From NCBI GenBank assembly GCA_951406725.2, contig OX597819.1, positions 89,962,001 to 90,026,000 of the forward strand: a stretch of 64,000 nucleotides of DNA. Direction: 5' to 3'. This document shows, one piece after another, positions 1-11,039 of this stretch; position 1 is the first letter of the stretch; the number at the start of each line of letters is the position of its first letter. Below the pieces are notes generated by a model. It had not been told where the DNA came from. It searched no databases and saw only the letters and a list, made by a program, of their open reading frames with translations. This stretch comes from Octopus vulgaris. Taxonomy: Eukaryota. A program made the translations under genes and the position numbers.

Positions 1-1321
1 AGCAATTATTATCTTACTCTTGAAAACAGCTTTATTCTATTAAGCACACCAAGAACTTAATTATTCCATGGTACTGTATGTTGTCCAATTTTTAAAAAAA
101 AATTAATTAATTATTACAAAATTGACTTTTTCATCTTTAAATGTGGTATTACTTTTGTAAGGGGTGAGAAAATTAATCAAACATTTTCTAGGAGTGTGAG
201 GCATAAGAACATTTGGGAATCATTGCTCTATATTGTCATGTAACATGCTAGAAATAGCACCCAATTTCCCTGAAATTGCACTCTATCTGAAGGACAAATA
301 TCTTAGATATAGGAAAAAGATAGGTGATGATGGCTGGAATTTTTTTTCATCCTAAGTGCTGCTCTGGGGATAAATCACAACAATAAGGACCCATAGTTAG
401 CTTAAAGGTTTATAATTCCTCTCAACAATTCCTTACTGTTTGCAGCAAGGATGTAAAAATCAAAGCATTCCAGCTATGACCATCTCATCTTATTTCCAGA
501 TATAGTATACTCATGATAATATTAGCCAATATGTCCTGCTATTTATTTTAACATGGCTGTGTTGTAAAAGTTTGTTTCCCAACCACAAGAGCCTAGGTCC
601 AGTGGTCTTAGGTTTACAAGGCACCAGCACCAGAGCCTTTTATGTGTCACCAGCACAGGTGCTTTTATCATGACACCAGCACAGATGCTTTCACATGGCA
701 CCATTTAAATTTCCATGTTTGTGAATTATTTACTTCATAGCAAATAGTATTGCTGGTAGGATCTGAACTGGTGTTGACTGATTCTAACTTTATTGCCAAA
801 ACCATTAAGATGTTTTACACAGGGGTTGCTAAGTGGTTAAGAATTTAGCTTCCCAACCACATGGTTTTGGGTTCAATCTTACTGCACAGCACTTTGAACA
901 AGTGTCTTCTACTGTAGCCCCAAAGTATTGTGAGCGGATTTAGTAGATAGAAATTATAAAGAAACTCACCATTATGTGTGTGTGTGTCCTTGTCTTGACA
1001 TTCTGTGACAGTTGTAAATAAGTGTCACTGTCATATAAGCAGTGTCCTTCATTTCTAACATTATACAAAAACATGTCTGGCCATGGGGAAATATTTCTTT
1101 CTTTGAAAACATGAGAAAGGGCATCTAGCTGTAGAATATCTATCTCAATTAAGTGGGCATTAAAACCCAATGATGAGGATTTTACAGCCACCTTGTGAAC
1201 AAAGAAGTTGAGAGACACTGATGAATGTTTTGGTCCAAGCAAGATCACAGATCTTTACAACAAACTGAAGATTGGTATTAATGTAATTCTGAAAGTGTCA
1301 CAAATATAAGCGCAGGCATGG

Positions 1322-1733
1322 CTCTCTTTTTACTCTTTTACTTGTTTCAGTCATTTGACTGTGGCCATGCTGGAGCACCACCTTTAGTCGAGCAACTCAA
1401 CCCCGGGACTTATTCTTTTGTAAGCCCAGTACTTATTCTATCGGTCTCTTTTGACGAACCACTAAGTAACAGGGACATAAACACACCAGCATCAGTTGTC
1501 AAGCAATGCTAGGGGGACAAACACAGACACACAAACACACACACGTATATATATATATATATATACATATATACGACGGGCTTCTTTCAGTTTCCATCTA
1601 CCAAATCCACTCACAAGGCTTTGGTCGGCCCGAGGCTATAGTAGAAGACACTTGCCCAAGGTGCCATGCAGTGGGACTGAACCCGGAACCATGTGGTTGG
1701 TAAACAAGCTACTTACCACACAGCCATTCCTGC
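1322..1733 (-). mobile_element. tRNA-derived SINE, family A (octopus OK/OR-type), near full length
   Basis: Same ~410 bp unit as 7391-7800 and 61032-61447; A/B-box-like head, internal TA/TG microsatellite, (AAAGAGT)n tail. Confidence 0.9.
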
Positions 1734-2073
1734 TGAGTGGTAAGAAGCTTGCTTCCCAACTACATGATTCCGGGTTCAGTCCCACCGCATGGCACCTTGG
1801 GCAAGTGTCTTCCATTATATTCATGAACCGACCAAAGCCTTGTAAGAGGATTTGATAGGCAGAAACTGAAAGAAGCCCATTGTGTGTGTGTGTCCCTACC
1901 ACTGTTTGACAACTGGTGTTGGTGGGTGTATTTATGTTCCCATAACTTAGTGGTTTGGCAAGAGAGGCTCATGCATTAAGTACCAGGCTCAAAAAAATAA
2001 ATGCTGGGGTTGATTCATTCAGCCTACTAGACAAACCCGTTAATGTAGTGTCCCAACATGTCCACAACCTAAT
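1733..2073 (+). mobile_element. SINE family A, diverged, head-to-head with the previous copy
   Basis: GTGGTAAGAAGCTTGCTTCCCAAC...GGTTCAGTCCC head and matching body. Confidence 0.85.
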
Positions 2074-4439
2074 GTTTTTGTTGAGCTATGTGGGGCCCAA
2101 AATGAAAACGATAATTTCGTAAAGATCACAAAAATGGTGGTTTGACAAAATTGTTAGAATATTGGGAAAATGCCTTGTAATACTTAATTATGTGGCTCTT
2201 TATGTTCTGGGTTCAAATCTTTCCAATCTAATTTTTTCCTTTCATCCTTCTGGCATTAATAAAATAAAGTACCAGTCAAATATCTGCATATTCCAATAAT
2301 TCATCCTTAGCTGGGAAAAAGAATTAGGATAGAGACCCTGGTTGGACAAACACATGATCAAAGACATCACTACCCTATGTATAAGATTACATTATGCAAT
2401 GCATCCATTTTTTTTTTTTAATAGTAGGGTTTAAATTAAGGGTAAGTTGACTGCTTTCTCTAGCAGGTCAAATTCCCATGTTGGTTTCACAGGCACTTAT
2501 TTTATCAACTCTGGTATTATGAAAAGATCAAGGGAAACTCCAACATAACTGAACTTGGAATGACGAGAGATAAAAACTGTATACTTCTAAAGTTCTTTAG
2601 TCCAAGTGATTGACTATTTCTGTCTTCCTCTACCCCACCTTCCCCGCTCTAAATAGTTATCAAAAATACCAATTTCTAAAAGATCACAGAAACGCCTGGA
2701 AAAGAAAATAACATGATGTAAAAATCTTTCTTTATTCCCGTGAAAGCTTGTACCGACAAGTTCCTCTTGTATGAAATAAGTATCAAAAACGGTCAGTATT
2801 TTAACAACCCCTTCTCCTACCCCTCGAGGTACGAGTATACTGGCTTCATCTCCCTTTGTGTTATTGCAATAAGGCAGGAAAAGAAAAGCTTCTGTATCAA
2901 AACATATTATAAATAGAATTCACCAATTCAGTTAATACAAGCAATACACTTTAACAATATTTCATCTCGTGTAACAACACTGCAGAATAAAGAATCCAGT
3001 GGACACAGTTTGACTAGCGGTAAGTGATGCAGTTAGCGAAATATTTGTTTACGGAGGGTAATGTATCGAAGACATAACGTAACGCAAACGGCGAGTATAA
3101 TTTAAACTGCAGCACTTCTTTATAAATTTGGTCTTTATCAAAAAGATTATAAGTTCGCTGCGATAGCGACTGGAAACAAAAATTGGAAGCTATAGCAAAT
3201 TAGTCAAAGCACGGTTGTGTCCCTTACATTGAATACTTTTTTTATATATATTAGGTTGCTAGATTTATATATGAAAGGAAATATGGAAACTGATCATTTC
3301 CTATTTGTTATCTCAAACGTTATACCCGGAAGAAGGATACGATGACGATGGAACACAAATATTGAATAATATATGTATATTAAAAGCTTTTCCAGCAACA
3401 CACTAAACAGAGATGTTAGCTATCAGTAGCATGTTAGCTTATTTCCAGAGAATTCCAGAGAGAACTATTGAAGCTCTATTACAATATAGTTGGAGACGAA
3501 AACTAAAGTGTAACTCTTGCGGAATGCGTAAACCACAGACTTGAAACGAGAGATCGCAGCTCAGTGTCAAGAATTAATTATCTTAATAAAATTACACGTC
3601 TAATTAAGCTTGTCTGCCTGAGTTAATGAATTTAGACAGTTATTCAAGCAAAGTTTTGAAATAAAATTTAATTATGAAAAAAAATCTAGGATTGTCAATT
3701 GTTCCTGGCTTTACCAGATGCAAATACCTGAGTGGAAAAGCAAATGATGCCTTAATTTGCATTGTATCCATTTCTCAGACAATAGTAGACGATGCAATTC
3801 ACCTAGAAATACATATATCCATAGTGAGGTACATTAACAACCACTTTTCTATACTTGCATGGTTCAGAGTTTACTGAGGCATATTTTCTATGGTCAAATA
3901 AGCTTCTTGTAACAATTCTCACCTATTCCCAAGCAAAATAATATTTCCCCATGGCCAGCTACGTTTTCACGGAATATTGGAAATGAATGACATCCATTTA
4001 CAGCAGTCACACAAAGTCAAAACAAGGAGACACAAACATTCACACCCATATATATATATAGATAGATAGATACATACACACACATGGTTGCCATCTTTCA
4101 GTTTCTGTCTACCAAATCCACTCGCCAGGCTTTGGTTGGCTTGGGGCTATAGTAAAACACACTTACCCTAGGTGCCACACAGGGATACTGAACCCAAAAC
4201 GATGAGGTTAGAAAGCAAACTTCTTAGCCTCACAGCCACAATTGTGCTTGCACAAAATAAGTTAAGATTTCTCTACAATATGGCTATTATTGTGGAGGCC
4301 TTTGAGCAAAGGCACTCTAATCATGACCACCCCCATCTACTATTTTTGCTTATAGCTGCAGTATACACCTGGCTACATTATCCAATCTATTCATTTCTTT
4401 TAAATGGTATGGAGTCATGTTATATACCACAACATTGAC

Positions 4440-4780
4440 CAGGCCGTCAGATGCTGTTACACACTCCACTTCCAATTCTGTCTTTATTGTGTCATTCTTT
4501 ACCATCATGATCCAAATTGCTTCACTAAATTGTCTTCCCATCATCATAGAAGCCTTTTCTGATCTCTTGGATACCACTCGGTAACTGCACAGGCCCACCT
4601 GTTATCTGTGAACCTTGCAACATGTCTGACCCTGCAGAATTTGTGCTTTTGGTACTCTGCAATCACATCATTTACTGTATTTCATGGCCCTTTGCATTGC
4701 AGCCTATTGATGTTCTATCCTCTTCTTAGTAGCTCCCTTCTCGCATATAAGAGCACAGGTAGGACAGTACTATTGAAGAA
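4440..4780 (-). mobile_element. Old RTE-like LINE 3' fragment
   Basis: Minus strand encodes degenerate ...TEWYPRDQKR...WEDNLVKQFG, typical of RTE C-termini. Confidence 0.45.
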
Positions 4781-5106
4781 ATGAATAACTACTATGTATA
4801 TGTATCATCATCAGTGTTTACACTTTTTTTTTTTTCCATGTTTGCATGACTCATAAAATTCTTTGAGGATGATTTTCTAAGGCTGGATGCTCTTCTTGTC
4901 ATCTCTCATCTGCAAGGTAATCTTTTTCATAGTCCTTCAAATACAAGCACCACAAAGGCCAGCTATGTTTTCATGGAAATTTGTCAAAAAATGATGTCAC
5001 TGGTATGACAGTAACATTTGTTTTTGAATTAGCACATGTCATGATAAGATGACCTGAAAACACACAACATACATGCATTCATATAGACACAAATGTAGAG
5101 AGAATT

Positions 5107-6135
5107 TGTGAAGGAGGTAGACCCAGGAAGACATGGGACGAGGTGGTGAAGCATGAATTTCAGATGTTGGGTTTCACAGAGGCAATGACAAGTGAATGAG
5201 ACCTTTGGCGATTCAGTGTGCTTGAGAAGACTTGTCAAGCTAAGTGAAATCATAGCTGTGGCTAATGCCAGTGACACACAAAAGGAACCCTCTAACACTC
5301 TTGGTATGGTTAGCATTAGGAAGGGCATCCAGCCATAGAAACCAGGCCAAATCAGACTTGAGCCTGGTACAGATCTCTGACTTACCAGTTTCAGTCAAAC
5401 TGTCTAACGCATGCCAGGATGGAAAACAGACACTCAATGATGATGGCAATGATTATATATTTATATATATAGCACCCAGTCCACTCAGCAAAGTGGGTTG
5501 TGTTAGGAAAGAAATCCAGCCATAGAAACCAAGCCAAATCAGACAGATCTCTGGCTTACCAGTTCCAGTAAAACTAACCCAGGGGTCCTCAACTATTTTT
5601 TATCTATGGACCCATTTCAATACTATTTTATTCTGGTGAACCCCCATAGCCATTCTATGTCTAAAAACTAGTTTTATAGAATGTTATTTGTTAATATTTT
5701 CACACATTAACTTGTGTAGGTTGAACTACATAAAATGTTATAGAAAAGAAAAAAAAACTAGCTGTTTCTTGTAATACATATCAAAACACATCTAAAACAA
5801 AATTTTTTCAGGGGCCCTTAAAATACTATTGTGGATCCTCAATTTACTATTTTGTTGCATTGACCAACCAAAATTTTATATGGACCCTAGTTGAGAACCA
5901 CTGGTCTAACTTATGCCTGCATGGAAAACTGATGCTAAACGATGATTATATATATATATATATATATATAAGCACCCAGTGTACTCTGTAATGTGGTTGG
6001 TGTTATGAAGGGCATCCAACCATAAAACCATGCCAAAGCAGACGTTGGAGCTTGGTGCAGTCCCACTGACTTACCAACTTCTGTCAAACCATCCAACCCA
6101 TGATAGCATGGAAGATGGATGTTAAATGATAACAT
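5107..6135 (+). mobile_element. Cluster of RTE-LINE 3'-end copies with (GAT)n tails
   Basis: Matches the ORF end and 3' UTR of the RTE at 48906-50782; three tandem tail copies. Confidence 0.75.
5580..5903. mobile_element. hAT/Charlie-like MITE inserted in an RTE tail
   Basis: TIRs CAGGGGTCCTCAAC / GTTGAGAACCACTG with degenerate 8-bp flanks. Related copy at ~24330-24584 has GTTTACA[T/G] flanks. Confidence 0.75.
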
Positions 6136-6591
6136 AAACAAGAATGGATAATAATATCAAATTATTTGTTTACTGAACTAGTATTTGATATATAATATCA
6201 CATACTAGTCCAGTAATCATTTCTATTGTGTAAGCATTTTTAGATATAGAAAAAAAAGGTACGAAATAGAAATCAATCCATATTGGATGTACTTATCGTA
6301 CAAGATGTATATCTGTGGATGTGAATTCTCTTTGAATCTATTTGTATCTGATCACTTGATGTAGTTAGCAAAGCTTGCCTAATCAATGAGCGTGTACAAG
6401 ATATCTGCTTGGATTTATTAATCCCTATTACCTATGTGTGTGTGCAGATGGGTGTCTCTTTTCTGTATATATAAATATATGTATATATATATATATGAGA
6501 CACCCATCCACACACACACATGCATGCACATGTGTTTGTATGCAAAAGTGATATAGCTATGATAACTGGATCATCAATATATAGTAATTCT

Positions 6592-6862
6592 CACAGCGCT
6601 GCCTTGACTGGCTTCTGTGCCGGTGGCATGTAAAAAGCACCAATCCGATCGTGGCCGTTGCCAGCCACGCCTGGCACCTGTGCCGGTGGCACGTAAAAAG
6701 CACCCACTACACTCACGGAGTGGTTGGCGTTAGGAAGGGCATCCAGCTGTAGAAACACTGCCAGATCAGACTGGAGCCTGGTGCAGCCTTCTGGTTTCCC
6801 AGATCCCCGGTCGAACCATCCAGCCCATGCTAGCATGGAGAACGGACGTCAAACGATGATGC
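6592..6862 (+). mobile_element. RTE 3'-UTR-derived repeat
   Basis: GGTGGCACGTAAAAAGCACC units and GATGATG tail. Same family at ~19205-19450, 28400-28670, 33535-33875, 43162-43560, 52420-52620 and 60070-60490. Confidence 0.85.
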
Positions 6863-7390
6863 TGAGAGTCTGATGGACTTCTAGCTTCATGCTAGATTTG
6901 CCACTGAAATCAAACTTTCACTTTCCTTACTGCATTTTTGTACATGCCCAAGCACAAACTGGGCAATTCACAAGCTAGTTAAAAAAAAACAAAAAAAAAC
7001 CTTGTATAACAATCACAAGTCACTCATCTACACCTCGTTTCATTAGTGACCACCAAATTACTGAACTTGGTACCAAACATTCTCTCCAAGTCAACAAATT
7101 CCAGGAATAGTGACTTACTTTGAGCAAAGTATTTCCTCTACAGCTGCCTCATTAGGAAGATAGCATTTGTGGTACTTTGGGCATCAAACCAAACTTCATC
7201 TCATTTAGGTCTGCTCTGTCACAGACCAATTGTGCTATAACGTTCTTTATGACCTTTGTAACTTAATCCAAAAGTTTAATTACTCTATAATTTCTTCTAA
7301 GTAAAACTGTAAAACTGAAACAAGACATGGTTCTCCAGCCCAATGGATCCTGTCAAAATGTTCAACCCATGACTATGGAAAGTATACATA

Positions 7391-7800
7391 GGCGCAGGAG
7401 TGGCTGCGTGGTAAGTAGATTGTTTACCAACTACATGGTTCCGGGTTCAGTCCCATTGCGTGGCACTTTGGGCAAGTGTCTTCTACTATAGCCTCGGACC
7501 GACGAAAGTCTTGTGAGTGGATTTAGTAGATGGAAACTGAAAGAAGCCCGTCGTATATATGTATATATATATATATATATATGTGTGTGTGCATGTATGT
7601 TTGTGTGTCTGTGTTTGTCCCCCTAGCATTGTTGGTGTGTTTATGTCCCCGTCACTTAGTGGTTCGGCAAAAGAGACCGATAGAATAAGTACTGGGCTTA
7701 CAAAGAATAAGTCCCGGAGTCGAGTTGCTCGATTAAAGGCGGTGCTCCAGCATGGCCGCAGTCAAAATGACTGAAACAAGTAAAAAGAGAAAAAGAGAGA
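7391..7800 (+). mobile_element. SINE family A, full length
   Basis: GGCGCAGGAGTGGC head through to AAAAGAG tail. Confidence 0.9.
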
Positions 7801-8225
7801 GAATAAAAATATCCAAATTTTTTTGTGTGAGTGTGTGTAGTACATAACAACAAACACTAATACATGCTTCATGCTTTTATTCATAATTTATATAAAATGT
7901 ATGCAATTCTAGCGTGTGCATTTGTCTGTATATGTACAAGACAGGTTTGCTATTTTGACTTTCTGTATTTTTTGTGTTGTGTAAGGGTAGTCATATATAA
8001 AATTCCCAGGTTGATTGAACTGAACAGAACTCAAAATCAAATTAAGAAATTCTGTATATTAGAAGTTAAAAAAATTTATTTAATATGTTGAAGGAAAAGT
8101 AACAAAAGAGGGATTTACTAATGAAAGTCAGCAATCTCAATGTATTATTATCATTTTGTTTTCAATTGTAGCAGCAATCTATATGTACACATGCACGTAC
8201 AGCCATATGTATATATATGGTATAT

Positions 8226-10367
8226 GGGTAATTTCATATAAATGTTGGACAGGCATGAAGCCCACCATCTCAGATTTCCATCAAATTATGACCAGTTGTT
8301 ACTATCAGTAAGAACAAAAAAAGTGCCAACTTTCAGACCCCAACTCCCAACAGGTAAAAAGTTATGCTGATTTGAAATTTGGCTCAAATCACTCAATTTT
8401 AGGCTAGCGGCTGCCATCTTGAATTTCAATGCTGCAACAAATAATGTAATAACTTTCAATCTACATGGACTATTTTTCTAAACATTTGTACCTGATCATT
8501 TTTTGGGGTGCTGAAACTGAATTTGAAGAGAAAAGAGTGTATTTCTAATGGTAAAGTGTTTGTTTTCAAAATGAAAACACTTCACCGTTTCTCCTTGACA
8601 CTGGACATAATCTTTTACTTGTGTGTGAAAAAATCTTAATGGTACTCTCAAAACATCAAAAGTTACAAACCACCAAGTTGAGCCATTCATTTGATATTTT
8701 CCAATCACAATCACAGTAAACACAGAAGTCAGATGAAATTGTCACATCCTGTTTTCTTCTTCAAATCCTGTTCTCACAATGTTCGTATCAGCACAGGTGA
8801 TTCTGGTGTTGGTTTGAGTTGTGTTGTCAGTTCATCACGTGTAAACATTCATCTTGATCGGCATGTTTCTCTGTCATGAAAAGGGAAGCCCCATTTGTGA
8901 TTTTAATGACCTTTCTTCAGCTTCTCTGTGTTTTGATCATCAGGGCAAGAGATTGAAGTATGAATTCAAATTTCAGTCGGGCTTCCTTCAGCCTTTCCAA
9001 TTAAAGTATTAACCTGTGACTGTCTCTTATCAATGTGTTGCCTCAATATTATATTTTAAATTCCACACAGATAACCAAAATTCCTGATAAGAAGGTCCAA
9101 AATAAAAACATCATGCACCATGGGTGTATTGCATGGCAAAGACTATCATTTGAAAACATTGAAGCAAGTTGAGAATGCAGTCGCAAAAAAACATGTTTGT
9201 GTGATAAAAGTCAATGATTCTGATCTTCAAGAAGAAAATCTAATGAACATTGGCAAAAAGACACAGTCAAAAGCAAATGATCTAGATTACTTGGTGCAGT
9301 GTATGAAGGAAAAAATTAAAAGCATTGGGCAAAGGCAAGAAATTCAGATCTTGACTTTGGTTCCAAATTCTTGGTCTGTTAGAAAAGCTGCAAAAGAATT
9401 CTGTGTCAAAAAGTACCATTCAAAAAGCCAGGTTGCTGCATGATGATAAAGGCATCACTGGATGTCCTGATATTGCTCCACGACAGAGGCTCAATCAAGA
9501 GATTCTTGATGCAACTACAACTTTCTTTTGTGATGATGAATTTTCCTGAAAAATGCCCAAGAAAAAAGATTTTGTGAGAGTGGAAAAGAGCATGACAATG
9601 TGTGTAGAGTTTTGTCATGGTGTAAACATTCCTGGAACCTGTGAAAATTTGGTGTGGACAGGAGGGTACAAAGTCCCTCAATCACAACAGGATTAATATG
9701 ACTCAGAAATGTTATATGTAAGCAATATTAAGTCTGAAAATGATTTGTTGCATTATTACCTCTTGGACTGTGACTTGCCATCAATGTTGGATGCATTGAT
9801 TCTTTAACTGACTGGTCAAACACAATTCTATTTTCTGATACATTTGCTTTTCAGAAAAGTTCAAACATTATGCTTCTGTCATGAATGATAACCTTTTGAT
9901 GTCTTGAGAGTACCATTGAGATTTTTTACACACAAGTAAAACATTATGTTCAGTTTATGAGCAAACTATTTTGAAGCTGTAGGATTTGGGCACTTCGGGG
10001 AATTTCACTTTCAGCACACAGCAGTGTCAAGAAAAAAAACGAAGTGTTTTGATTTTGATTCAAGAAAACAAGCACTTTGCCATGAGAAATACACTCTTTT
10101 CTCTTTAAATTCAGATTCAACACAGAAATTCACAAATTTTCAGAAAAATAGTCCATGTGGATTGAGAGTAATTACATCATTTATTGTGGCTTTCAAATTC
10201 AAGGCCTAAAAGTGAATGATTTGAGCCAAATTTCAAATCGGCATACCTTTGGGAGATTGAGTCTGAAATTTTGCACTTTTTCTGTTCTTACCGATAGAAA
10301 GAACTGGTCAAAATTTGATGAAAATCTGAGATCATGGGTTCCAAAATTCCTTTTCATGGAATCAGCT
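8226..10367 (+). mobile_element. Sola2-like DNA transposon, internally deleted, with long TIRs
   Basis: About 440-470 bp inverted arms (8226-8665 vs 9890-10367), GGG terminus and ATAT on both flanks. Internal fragment QILTLVPNSWSVRKAAKEF...FFCDDEFS*KMPKKKDFV. Superfamily assigned from memory. Confidence 0.65.
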
Positions 10368-10625
10368 ATATGTCTGTACATTTGGCCCATGAGATTTCTT
10401 TTTTTATATCATTTTCATTAAAACAATAATGACCTCACAACATAGTCCTGAAATATTATAAATAGGATACATACACATATATACATACATACATATATAT
10501 ATGTATGTATTATCCACATGTGTGTATGTGTGTCTGTATGCGTGTATTCCAAAACAGAAGGTTTGTTTAGTTACAAAAGTTTCCATTAGAGCAAGATATA
10601 AGCCCTTTCACAGAAAGGACAGTCT

Positions 10626-10631
10626 TTTATT
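10626..10631 (-). terminator. Candidate polyadenylation signal AATAAA
   Basis: AATAAA about 365 nt past the stop codon; weak evidence in AT-rich DNA. Confidence 0.3.
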
Positions 10632-10996
10632 CTATGATTCCATATGTACATATATACATACCCACATGCACACAGATCAAGAGCTAAGAGAGTAAACTAT
10701 GATCTGACATCTTTAAGATATTGGGGACTATAATGTTAAAATCTTTACTTGTTTTGATATACTCTGCTCATGGCTCTCTAATCTCAATTGAGATTTTTGC
10801 GAAATTCTTCAGCTTATCTTAAGACAAACATTGTCTTTATCATTTAAAAAGAATTGGTGAAATGTGTAGAGAACTTTTGAGGAGATAAAACACCAAATCA
10901 CGAAAATATTAATTTGTGTTGAGTAAAAAGCTTGAAAAATTGTAACCAGGAGGCAAGGTTGCAAATCAGATTTGTCCTATGATGTCCACATTTAGG

Positions 10997-11039
10997 TCAA
11001 TTACGCAGATCACTGACAGATTTGCTTCGAAATAATGAC
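10997..11039 (-). CDS. KIF18A: KIF18A-like terminal coding exon ([14 protein letters not shown])
   Basis: Strong TTTTGCAG acceptor; C-terminus resembles the recalled KIF18A ending in ...LR. Confidence 0.75.

Noticed and set aside
940-2000. Several overlapping 60-120 aa ORFs, and similar ones at 7559, 15696, 54908 and 60996
   Set aside because: They are translations of SINE family A or other repeats; the same peptides recur at each copy.
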